Assembly: GCA_025456065.1 (NCBI GenBank)
Contig: JALOLH010000001.1
Coordinates: forward strand, 5,501 to 69,500
Direction: 5' to 3'
DNA: 64,000 nucleotides
Source of the DNA: Candidatus Nanopelagicales bacterium
Lineage (GTDB): Bacteria > Actinomycetota > Actinomycetes > S36-B12 > CAIYMF01
In this document: positions 8,941 to 16,624 of the stretch, one piece after another
Position numbering within the stretch: the first letter of the stretch is position 1
How the letters are laid out: each line of letters opens with the position of its first letter
The notes under the pieces: generated by a model
Databases searched by the model: none
What the model was told of the DNA's origin: nothing
The model's input: the letters and a program-made list of their open reading frames with translations, nothing else
Made by a program: the position numbers and the translations under genes

Positions 8941-10455
8941 TCAGCCCAGCGTCGCGTCGAGCTCCTTGGCCTTGGGGATGGCCACGGCCTCGACCTCCTC
9001 CTCGGTCATCTCCTGCTCGGCCTCCTTGGCGAAGCCCCGGGCCTTGGTGATCGCGAAGGTCGCCAGCATCGCGATGCTGATCGAGATGGCCATCCCGACG
9101 AAGTACATCGGGATCTTGTCCGGGGTGACCAGCGCGGTGCCGGGCAGGCCGGTGGCGCCGATGCTGGTCATGGTCACGTCGGTGGCCACCACGAAGGCCC
9201 CGGCGAACGCCCCACCGATCAGTGCCCCGAGGAACGGGGTGAGCAGGCGCAGGTTCACGCCGAAGAGGGCCGGCTCGGTGATGCCCAGGAAGGCCGACAC
9301 CGACGACGGGATCGCGATGTCCTTGATCTTCGTCGCCCGGTGCCGGATGAGCATCCAGGCGGCCAGCGCGGCTGCGCCCTGCGCGACGTTGGACATCGAC
9401 CAGATCGGCAGCAGCGGGTTGGCCCCGACGGCGGGATCGGCGATCAGGCCGAGCTCCACGGCGTGGAACGAGTGGTGCACCCCGGTGATCACCAGCAGCG
9501 AGTAGGTGCCGCCCATGATGAACCCGGCGACGGGTCCGCCGAAGTCCAGCAGCGTGATGAAGAAGTCGGAGATCAGCTCGCCGGTCCAGCGCATGATCGG
9601 GCCGATGACCAGGATCGTCGCGAAGCCGGTGGCGATCACGGCCAGCAGCGGCGTGAACAGCATGTCGAGCACGGTCGGCATGCGCTTGCGCAGCCACTTC
9701 TCGACGATCGCCAGGAACCACACGGCCACGAGGACCGGCAGGACGGTGCCTTGGTACCCGATCTTGGCGATCTCCCAGCCGAACAGGGTCCAGGTCGGGA
9801 CCGCGCCCTCGAGCACGGCCTGGCCCTGGGCCCAGGCGTTGAGCATGTCCGGGTGCACCATGAGCATGCCGATGACTGCGCCGAGGTACTGGTTGGCGCC
9901 GAACACCTTGGCCGCGCTGAAGCCGATCAGGATCGGCAGGAACACGAAGGCGGCGTTCGCGAAGATGATGATCATCGAGGCCAGGTCGGCCACGGCCGGC
10001 CACTGGCCGATGAGGTTCTCCTCGTCGCCGAGCCACGGCCACAGCCCCGGCTGGGCGAGCAGGTTGTACAGGCCCATCATCAGGCCGGAGGCCACCAGCG
10101 CCGGGATCAGCGGGACGAAGATGTCCGACAGCGTCTTGACGAAGCGCTGGGCCGGGTTCATGTGCGCGGCGGCGGCCTTCTTCACCTCCTCCATGGAGGC
10201 TTCCTGGATGTGGGTGAGCTTGGCCAGCTCGTCGTGCACCTTGTTGACGGTGCCCGGCCCCAGGATGATCTGGTACTGGCCGCCGGCCGTGAACGACCCG
10301 GCGACGGCCTCGATCTTCTCGACGGCCTTCTTGTCGGCCTTCGTCTCGTCGACGAGGACGAGCCGCAGGCGGGTGGCGCAATGGGCGTAGCTGGCGATGT
10401 TCTCCGGCCCACCCACGTCCTGCAGGATCTGTTCGGCGATCCCCTTGTAGTCCAT
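8941..10455 (-). CDS. scrA: PTS sucrose-type EIIBC component (no EIIA domain)
   Basis: EIIB phospho-Cys motif YAHCATRLRL, then about 10 hydrophobic segments of a Glc/Scr-family EIIC (GITEPALFGVNL). ATG at 10455 is preceded by CCAGGAGGC. The protein ends in a short acidic tail, not an EIIA domain. Confidence 0.9.
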   Translation of the reverse strand: MDYKGIAEQILQDVGGPENIASYAHCATRLRLVLVDETKADKKAVEKIEAVAGSFTAGGQYQIILGPGTVNKVHDELAKLTHIQEASMEEVKKAAAAHMNPAQRFVKTLSDIFVPLIPALVASGLMMGLYNLLAQPGLWPWLGDEENLIGQWPAVADLASMIIIFANAAFVFLPILIGFSAAKVFGANQYLGAVIGMLMVHPDMLNAWAQGQAVLEGAVPTWTLFGWEIAKIGYQGTVLPVLVAVWFLAIVEKWLRKRMPTVLDMLFTPLLAVIATGFATILVIGPIMRWTGELISDFFITLLDFGGPVAGFIMGGTYSLLVITGVHHSFHAVELGLIADPAVGANPLLPIWSMSNVAQGAAALAAWMLIRHRATKIKDIAIPSSVSAFLGITEPALFGVNLRLLTPFLGALIGGAFAGAFVVATDVTMTSIGATGLPGTALVTPDKIPMYFVGMAISISIAMLATFAITKARGFAKEAEQEMTEEEVEAVAIPKAKELDATLG

Positions 10456-10536
10456 GCAATGCCTCCTGGCGGTGTGGAGCCGACCTGGGCGTCTGCTCTG
10501 GCTGGCTTGGCACCCAGGGCCCCTGTCGACGTCACC

Positions 10537-10565
10537 ACTATGGCAGGGATCAACCAAAGATGCAA
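10537..10565 (-). promoter_or_regulatory. Candidate sigma-70-type promoter for the scr operon
   Basis: The minus strand reads TTGCAT - 17 nt - CATAGT, about 80 nt upstream of the scrA ATG, in the only AT-richer stretch of the window. The -35 overlaps operator O1. Confidence 0.4.
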
Positions 10566-10574
10566 GCGTTTACA
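10561..10574. promoter_or_regulatory. LacI-family operator O1
   Basis: TGCAAGCGTTTACA matches the LacI/GalR consensus TGnAAnCGnTTnCA (imperfect 14-bp palindrome) and lies between scrA and the LacI gene. Confidence 0.6.
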
Positions 10575-10662
10575 TCATCTCCTTCGCAACTGGTGACCTT
10601 GGTCCTGAACACGACATTGGTCATCGTGACCCCCTGTGGGATCCCGCATGCCGGGTCGGCGG

Positions 10663-10676
10663 TGATAGCGTTGTCA
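10663..10676. promoter_or_regulatory. LacI-family operator O2 (possible autoregulation)
   Basis: TGATAGCGTTGTCA is an imperfect palindrome with a central CG, 34 nt upstream of the LacI ATG. Confidence 0.45.
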
Positions 10677-10709
10677 TGAGCAGTGCGGGGATGATGTCGG
10701 GAGGAGCTC

Positions 10710-11753
10710 ATGAGCGTCCCGGGGGCCAGGGGCACAGGGAGCGAGGCGGCCGACATCGCCGCGGTCGCCAGGCGCGCCGGAGTCTCGACGGCGACCGTCT
10801 CGCGCGCCCTGCGCGGCCTGCCGAGCGTCTCGGAGCCCACCCGAGCGCGGGTGCTGGCCGCCGCCCGTGACCTGGACTACGTGACCTCGCCGGCTGCCTC
10901 GCGGCTGGCCAGTGGCCAGACGCGCTCGATCGGCGTCGTCGCGCCCTACCTGGGACGGTGGTTCTTCGGCCAGGTCCTCTCCGGCGCCGAGGAGGTGCTG
11001 CGCGCCGCGGGGTACGACGTCCTGCTCTACGCGCTGCCCGACGACGCCGCGCGCGCGGACTTCTTCGGACGGCTGCCGCTGCGGCGTCGCGTGGACGGGG
11101 TCCTGGTCCTGACGCTGCCCGTGGACGAGGCCGAGGTCGACGCCCTCCGGGGACTCAACGTCCCGGTCGGCTCGGTCGGTGTCCCCGGGTCCGGGATCTC
11201 CTGCATCGGCATCGACGACCGGGCAGCCGCCCGCACGGCGGTCACCCACCTGGTGAACCTGGGGCACGCGGGGATCGCACTCATCGGCGGTGGCCCCAGC
11301 GAGCCGATCCACTTCACGGTGCCCAACGACCGGCTGGCCGGCTACCGCACAGCCATGGCCGACGCGGGGCTCCCGGTGCCGACGGGGTACGAGGCGGACG
11401 GCGCCTTCACCTACGCCGGGGGCGAGGCGGCGATGGCCGGGCTGCTCGCGCTGCCCGACCCGCCGACCGCGGTCTTCGCGCAGTCCGACGAGATGGCCAT
11501 GGGAGCCCTGCGCGCCATCCGCCGGGCCGGCCTGCGCTGCCCGGAGGACATCAGCGTCATCGGCTTCGACGACCACGAGCTGGCCGAGCTGGTGGAGCTG
11601 ACCACGATCGCCCAGCCGGTCGCCGAGCAGGGCCGCCGGGCGGCCCAGGCGCTCCTCGCGCGGATCGCCGGCGCCGAGGTCGTCGACCAGCAGCTGCCGA
11701 CCCGGCTGGTCCTGCGCTCGACCACGAGCCCGCCCCGGCGCGCCCGCCGCTGA
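10710..11753 (+). CDS. LacI-family transcriptional regulator, likely sucrose operon repressor
   Basis: N-terminal HTH ADIAAVARRAGVSTATVSRALRG followed by a periplasmic-binding-protein-like sugar-binding core (IGVVAPY, AVFAQSDEMAMGALRA, SVIGFDD). Divergent from scrA. Confidence 0.9.
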   Translation: MSVPGARGTGSEAADIAAVARRAGVSTATVSRALRGLPSVSEPTRARVLAAARDLDYVTSPAASRLASGQTRSIGVVAPYLGRWFFGQVLSGAEEVLRAAGYDVLLYALPDDAARADFFGRLPLRRRVDGVLVLTLPVDEAEVDALRGLNVPVGSVGVPGSGISCIGIDDRAAARTAVTHLVNLGHAGIALIGGGPSEPIHFTVPNDRLAGYRTAMADAGLPVPTGYEADGAFTYAGGEAAMAGLLALPDPPTAVFAQSDEMAMGALRAIRRAGLRCPEDISVIGFDDHELAELVELTTIAQPVAEQGRRAAQALLARIAGAEVVDQQLPTRLVLRSTTSPPRRARR

Positions 11754-11848
11754 ACGCAGCGGGCCCCAGCGCCGCAGCGCAGGGGCAGCGTGCCGGTGGC
11801 CGCGACCGGCGGTAGCGTCGCAGGGGTGTGCATGACCAGGAGTCCGGC

Positions 11849-12382
11849 ATGAGCCGCCGGTACGTGCTGTTCGCGGCCGTGTACGGCTCGGATGCCCAGG
11901 CCCTCGACGGGCTGCGGGTGCTGTGTGCCGCGGACCGGGCCCAGGTCGCCGGCCCCGGCCTGCTGCACCGTGACCCGTACGGCCGGACCAGCCTGCAGAA
12001 GGCCACCGGGTCGACCGTGCTGCGTGCGGCGGCCGTGGGCATGGTGGTCGGGTTCGTGGCAGGCCTCGGGACGGTGCTCATGTGGGCCACTGCCCTGATC
12101 GGGGCGATCGCCGGCGCCCTGATCGGCCACCGCGACCGGCAGACCGAGGCGCGCGAGCTCGGCGAGCTCGTCGGCGTGCTCGTCCCCGCGGGGGGCTGCG
12201 CCGTCGTGGCCGTGGCCGAGCGCGACCTGGCCGACCGGCTGACGCACCAGTTCGACCTCGCCGAGGCGACCCGCACGCTGCCGATCGCGGGGCGGCGCAT
12301 GGCCGAGCTGGCCCGGCGGGTGGCGAGCGGGAACCGCGAGGTCATCCGCGCCCTCGACGGGCGGTTCGAGGCACTCGGGTAG
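11849..12382 (+). CDS. Hypothetical membrane protein, DUF1269-like (soluble N-domain plus glycine-zipper helices)
   Basis: ATG at 11849 is preceded by GGAG at 6-nt spacing. Gly-rich hydrophobic segment AAAVGMVVGFVAGLGTVLMWATALIGAIAGALIG. The family call is by resemblance only. Confidence 0.45.
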   Translation: MSRRYVLFAAVYGSDAQALDGLRVLCAADRAQVAGPGLLHRDPYGRTSLQKATGSTVLRAAAVGMVVGFVAGLGTVLMWATALIGAIAGALIGHRDRQTEARELGELVGVLVPAGGCAVVAVAERDLADRLTHQFDLAEATRTLPIAGRRMAELARRVASGNREVIRALDGRFEALG

Positions 12383-12452
12383 CTCCCGCCCTCAGCCGCT
12401 GCCTGCCCCAGCGGCTTCTGCGATGATCCCCCCAGACGTGAGGGGGACGCCG

Positions 12453-12647
12453 ATGACGGCACCGGAGCCGCCGCCCCGCCGGGTGCGCTGGACGTGGCGC
12501 ACGGTGGGGGCCGTGCTGCTCGTCGCGGCGCTCCTGCTGGCGCTCAACGCCCTGTACCGCGCCGGTCACCAGGTGCTCGCGCTGGGGCTGCTCGCGGCTG
12601 GCCTCGTCGCGCCTGGCGCCTGGCGGCTGTGGCGCAGCCGCGGCTGA
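12453..12647 (+). CDS. Small two-helix membrane protein (hypothetical)
   Basis: ATG at 12453 is preceded by AGGGGG at 6-nt spacing. Two hydrophobic helices (VGAVLLVAALLLALNAL; LALGLLAAGLVAPGAW). An alternative start at 12423 is possible. Confidence 0.35.
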   Translation: MTAPEPPPRRVRWTWRTVGAVLLVAALLLALNALYRAGHQVLALGLLAAGLVAPGAWRLWRSRG

Positions 12648-12656
12648 GGGATCCCC

Positions 12657-14528
12657 TCACCCCACGCGCCACACGTGCGCCGCCGGGCCGCCCGCCGGCA
12701 GCAGCCAGGACCCGTCCATCCCCCGGACGGGGGCACCGGTGCCGAACAGCACCTCGGCCCGCTCGAACCAGCTCCCGGGCAGCCGGACGGCCGGGTGCGC
12801 CGCTCGCGCCACGTGCACCAGCACGCGCTCGGTGCCGTCCGGGGACTCCCGTTCGAGGGTCAGCGCGTCGTCCAGCACCGCCAGCCAGCGCAGCCCACCG
12901 CGGCGCAGCGCCACCGAGCCACGACGGATCGCGGCCACCTGCTCGTGCATGGCCAGCACGTCGCGGTCCCAGGCCTCGGGGTGGTCCCACGGCATGGGGA
13001 TGCGGCTGCGCTCGCCATCGGCGCCGCCGATCCCGGTCTCCGCACCGGCGAAGACCATCGGCACCCCGGGTGCGGTGAACAGCAGCACCAGCCCGGCGGC
13101 GTAGCGGCCACGGTCGGCACCGACGACCGTCATGAAGCGCGCGGTGTCGTGGGTGTCCAGGGCGTTCATGCTGGCCGTGAGCGAGCGCCAGGGCATCAGG
13201 GCGTTCGCCTCCCGGATCGCGGCGACCACCGAGGGTCCGGGGAGCCGCGGCACGCCCGTGCCCGTGGGCACGCCGAGGAAGTCGTTGCGCGCGAGGGCCC
13301 CAGGGGCGTGGGCGGCCAGCCACGACCACACCGGCCGGGTGAAGCCGGCGTAGTTCATCGTCCCGTGCCAGCCGTCCCCGGCCAGGTCCGGCCCTGCCTC
13401 GTGCGCGTGCTCGGCCACGAGCCAGCCGTCGGGACGCACCTCCCGCATCGTCGCGCGGATCTCGCGAGCCACCGCGTGTGCCTCGTCCACGTCGCGGTAG
13501 CGGCCCGTCATGTTCCCCACGTCGATCCGCCAGCCGTCGAGGCCGAAGGGCGGCCGCAGCCAGCGGCCCACGATCGAGTCCGGCCCGCGCAGGAACGCCT
13601 CGCGCAGCGGCTCGCTGCGCCAGTCCAGCTTCGGCAGCGTCCGGTGGCCCAGCCAGCCGTGGTAGCGGTGCGGGTGCTCCTCGAAGCAGTAGTAGGACGC
13701 CTCGGGCGCACCCGGGTCCGCGATGGCGGCACGGAACCAGGCGTGCCGGTCGCCGGTGTGGTTGGTCGTGAGGTCGCCGATCACGCGGATGCCACGGGCG
13801 TGCGCGGCCGCGACGAGCCGCGCCAACGCCTCGTCCCCGCCGAGCAGCGGGTCGACCTCGGCGAACGTTGACGCGTCGTAGCGATGGGTGGACCCGGCCG
13901 GGAAGAACGGGGTCAGGTAGAGCACGTCGGCGCCCAGCCGCTCGAGGTGGTCCAGGCGCTCGACCACTCCGTCGAGGTCGCCGCCGTAGCACTGGAAGCC
14001 GTACCGGCCGCGCACCAGCCTGATCGGCTCGTCCCAGGCGCTGGCGTGCGCCCAGTGCGGCAGGGCCCGCTGGTCGGCACCGGACGAGCGGGCGAACCGG
14101 TCCGGGAAGACCTGCAGCACGGTCGCGTCCGCCACCCAGTCCGGCGGCCCGGGATGGGTGCTGAGCCGGAAGTCACCGCTGTCCAGGACGTCGCGCCCCC
14201 GGTGCCATCCCGTGGCGGTGAGCCAGCCGTAGCCGCAGGCGCCTCCGGTGAGGAACCGGTAGCTGGTGAGGGGGTTGTGTGCCACGATCTCGGCCGACCA
14301 CCACGTCTCGTCGCGTCCGGGTGCCTCGGCGTGCATGACGACCCAGGCCGGCTCGGCATCGTGGACCACCCGCACGTGCAGGAGGTCCACGCCCAGCCCG
14401 GCCGGGACGCGTACGCGGACCGTCACCCGCTCGTCGAGCCGTGGACGGTCGGTGGAGACGTACCGCAGGGAGCCGTCGTGGTGCGGCGCCGCGAGCATGG
14501 CCGCATCGAGCGTGGGCGCCTCGGGCAT
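12657..14528 (-). CDS. GH13 alpha-amylase-family enzyme (neopullulanase / maltodextrin glucosidase-like), cytoplasmic
   Basis: GH13 conserved regions: VIGDLTTNHTG (I), GWRIDVGNM (II), WLVAEHAH (III) and MNALDTHDTARF (IV). No signal peptide. Confidence 0.85.
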   Translation of the reverse strand: MPEAPTLDAAMLAAPHHDGSLRYVSTDRPRLDERVTVRVRVPAGLGVDLLHVRVVHDAEPAWVVMHAEAPGRDETWWSAEIVAHNPLTSYRFLTGGACGYGWLTATGWHRGRDVLDSGDFRLSTHPGPPDWVADATVLQVFPDRFARSSGADQRALPHWAHASAWDEPIRLVRGRYGFQCYGGDLDGVVERLDHLERLGADVLYLTPFFPAGSTHRYDASTFAEVDPLLGGDEALARLVAAAHARGIRVIGDLTTNHTGDRHAWFRAAIADPGAPEASYYCFEEHPHRYHGWLGHRTLPKLDWRSEPLREAFLRGPDSIVGRWLRPPFGLDGWRIDVGNMTGRYRDVDEAHAVAREIRATMREVRPDGWLVAEHAHEAGPDLAGDGWHGTMNYAGFTRPVWSWLAAHAPGALARNDFLGVPTGTGVPRLPGPSVVAAIREANALMPWRSLTASMNALDTHDTARFMTVVGADRGRYAAGLVLLFTAPGVPMVFAGAETGIGGADGERSRIPMPWDHPEAWDRDVLAMHEQVAAIRRGSVALRRGGLRWLAVLDDALTLERESPDGTERVLVHVARAAHPAVRLPGSWFERAEVLFGTGAPVRGMDGSWLLPAGGPAAHVWRVG

Positions 14529-14632
14529 GGGGCGACGCTACCTGCGCCGCTGCGGGGGCGTCGCTCCCTGCGCGGGCGTGGGGGCGTCGCTCGCTGCGCG
14601 GGTGTGGGGGCGTCGCTCGCTGCGTCGCCTCG
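14529..14632. repeat. Four tandem copies of a 26-bp unit, non-coding period
   Basis: Copies are ggggcgacgctacctgcgccgctgcg (14529-14554, degenerate), ggggcgtcgctccctgcgcgggcgtg (14555-14580), ggggcgtcgctcgctgcgcgggtgtg (14581-14606) and ggggcgtcgctcgctgcgtcgcctcg (14607-14632). The array abuts the GH13 ATG (cat at 14526-14528). Confidence 0.9.
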
Positions 14633-14777
14633 CTGGCGGGTTTGGCGCACGAGTGGTCCGGGCATCTACCATCGGCGCGCGGCATCGTGCCGCCCTCGTT
14701 GAGCAACGTTCCCTCCCTGGCGACGACCGCCATGCAGACGCGTTGAAGACGACACGCCTGCACGTGGAGGAACCCTC

Positions 14778-16376
14778 ATGGCTGACCGACCGACCACGAC
14801 CCGTGCTGCTCGCCCTGCGGGCAGCCGTGATCGGCGCGACCGACCCCGCTGGACCCGCGACGAGCGCGTCGCGCGGGGCCGCACGCCCGATCGCCGGGAC
14901 CGCCCGGGGCGCCCTGCTGGCGCCGAGGGTGCCGGGCGGCCCGAGCGTGCGGACCGCCCCGGACGCACCAGCCACGCGCGGGACCTCCGGACGGACCGTC
15001 GCGACCGCACGGACCCTCGCGCGGACCGTCGCGACCGTCGCGACCGCACGGACCCTCGCGACCGCGCGGACCGTCGCGACCGCACGGACCCTCGCGACCG
15101 CACGGACCCTCGCGACCGTCGCGACCGCACGGACCCCCGGACCCGGACCGGTGGCCGCCCGCAGCGCCGGGCGGAGGGCGCTGTCCGCAGTGATCGCCCC
15201 GACCGCCGGCCGGTCGTCCCGGCGCTGAGCGGGCCCAACGCCTTCGTCGACCTCGGCGTGCCGAATGTCCTCGCGGCGGTCCTCGCGACCGGCGCGATCA
15301 CCGAGCCCACCCCGATCCAGGCCCTCACGATCCCGGCCGCGCTGTCCGGCCGGGACGTCCTCGGCCGCGGTCGGACCGGCTCGGGCAAGACCCTGTCGTT
15401 CGCCCTGCCGATGGTGGCCCGCCTCGCCGGCCCGCGCGGCCTGCGCCGCCAGCCGCGCGGCCTGGTGCTGGTCCCGACCCGTGAGCTCGCGATGCAGGTC
15501 GTCGACGTCGTCACGCCGCTCGCCGGCGCCGTGGGCATGCGCACGCAGCTGGTGATCGGCGGATCCTCCTACGACCGGCAGATCCGCGGGCTGGAGCGCA
15601 GCGACATCGTCGTCGCGACCCCGGGCCGGCTGGTCGACCTCACCGAGCGGGGCGCCGTGGACCTCGGCGCCATCCGGGTGGTCGTCCTCGACGAGGCCGA
15701 CCACATGGCCGACCTCGGCTTCATGCCCGAGCTCGAGGCGATCATGGGCCAGCTGCCCGGGGACGCCCAGGGCCTGCTGTTCTCGGCCACCCTCGACGCC
15801 GACGTCGACCGCCTGGTGCGCAGCCACCTGACCGATCCCGTCGAGCACAGCGCCGACCCGGCCACCGCGACCGTCGGCACGATGGCCCACCACGTGGTGC
15901 TCGTGCACCCCAAGGACAAGGACGCCGTCACCACCGACATCGCCCTGCGGCGGGGTCGGACCGTCGCCTTCGTGCGCACCCAGCTCGGCGCCGATCGACT
16001 GGCCGGCCAGCTCGACGAGCAGGGCGTGCGCGTCGCCGCGCTGCACGGCGGGATGAAGCAGGGCATCCGCACCCGGACCCTGGAGGACTTCCGCCGGGGC
16101 CGCATCGACGTGCTCGTCGCGACCGACGTCGCCGCGCGCGGCCTGCACGTCGACGACATCGACCTCGTCCTGCACGTGGATCCGCCGCACGGGCCGAAGG
16201 AGTACCTGCACCGCTCCGGCCGCACCGCGCGCGCCGGTGCCTCCGGGACCGTGATCTCGCTGGCCACGCTGCGCCAGCAGCGGGCGGTGCAGGCGATCAC
16301 CACGAGGGCCGGGGTCACCCCGGCCGTGCTGCGTGCCCGGCCGGGGGACGAGGCGCTGCGCGCCCTCGTCGGCTGA
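14778..16376 (+). CDS. DEAD-box ATP-dependent RNA helicase with an Arg/Asp/Thr/Pro-repeat N-terminal extension of about 150 aa
   Basis: Q motif EPTPIQ, motif I GRGRTGSGKT, motif II VLDEADHM, motif III SAT, motif VI HRSGRTARAG. RBS GGAGG is 7 nt upstream of the ATG. Confidence 0.9.
   Translation: MADRPTTTRAARPAGSRDRRDRPRWTRDERVARGRTPDRRDRPGRPAGAEGAGRPERADRPGRTSHARDLRTDRRDRTDPRADRRDRRDRTDPRDRADRRDRTDPRDRTDPRDRRDRTDPRTRTGGRPQRRAEGAVRSDRPDRRPVVPALSGPNAFVDLGVPNVLAAVLATGAITEPTPIQALTIPAALSGRDVLGRGRTGSGKTLSFALPMVARLAGPRGLRRQPRGLVLVPTRELAMQVVDVVTPLAGAVGMRTQLVIGGSSYDRQIRGLERSDIVVATPGRLVDLTERGAVDLGAIRVVVLDEADHMADLGFMPELEAIMGQLPGDAQGLLFSATLDADVDRLVRSHLTDPVEHSADPATATVGTMAHHVVLVHPKDKDAVTTDIALRRGRTVAFVRTQLGADRLAGQLDEQGVRVAALHGGMKQGIRTRTLEDFRRGRIDVLVATDVAARGLHVDDIDLVLHVDPPHGPKEYLHRSGRTARAGASGTVISLATLRQQRAVQAITTRAGVTPAVLRARPGDEALRALVG
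15000..15137. repeat. In-frame 18-bp tandem/interspersed repeats inside the helicase gene
   Basis: cgcgaccgcacggaccct occurs exactly at 15000, 15039, 15075 and 15093, with a near copy at 15120, plus shorter cgcgaccgt variants. These encode (R-D-R-T-D-P)n. Confidence 0.9.
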
Positions 16377-16397
16377 GCGCGCACCACGATCGGCGTT

Positions 16398-16440
16398 TGC
16401 GTCAAGTCCCGGGTCGCTGAGGCGCCCGAGACTTGACGCA
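16398..16440 (+). terminator. Strong hairpin downstream of the helicase gene (candidate intrinsic terminator, no U-tract)
   Basis: Perfect 11-bp arms tgcgtcaagtc (16398-16408) and gacttgacgca (16430-16440), with an inner 6-bp helix (ggg-cgc / gcgccc). A third copy of the right arm lies at 16460-16470. Confidence 0.5.
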
Positions 16441-16474
16441 GGTCCCCGGCACCCGACCGAGACTTGACGCGATT

Positions 16475-16556
16475 CCGGCGGGCGGCTTCCGGCGGGCGGC
16501 GGGCGGCTTCCGGCGGGCGGCGGGCGGCGGGCGGCGGGCGGCGGGCGGCGTGCGGC
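16475..16556. repeat. GGCGGGC heptad tract in expanding blocks (1, 2, then 5 units) separated by GGCTTCC; G-quadruplex-capable on the plus strand
   Basis: The sequence is ccggcgggcggcttcc, then ggcgggcggcgggcggcttcc, then ggcgggc x5. GGG runs fall at 16480, 16494, 16501, 16515, 16522, 16529, 16536 and 16543. Confidence 0.9.
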
Positions 16557-16624
16557 GGCGCCGACGCGGCGGGCCGGGGCGATCGCAGGGACGGGCGGCA
16601 CCGGGGGGTGGCAGGATCCGCGCC

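Noticed and set aside
14529-14632. Possible CRISPR array
   Set aside because: The repeats are contiguous with no unique spacers, only four copies are present, and no cas genes occur anywhere in the window.
16470-16500. Additional SigH-type promoters at other GGAAT occurrences (minus strand near 16472, 36013 and 39952)
   Set aside because: None has GTT at 16-18 nt spacing downstream of the GGAAT.
16433-16624. Longer N-terminus for the alpha/beta hydrolase (ORF track start 16433)
   Set aside because: The extra 64 codons are a read-through of the GGCGGGC heptad tract (AGGFRRAAGG...). The period is not a multiple of 3, and the conserved hydrolase fold begins after GTG 16625.
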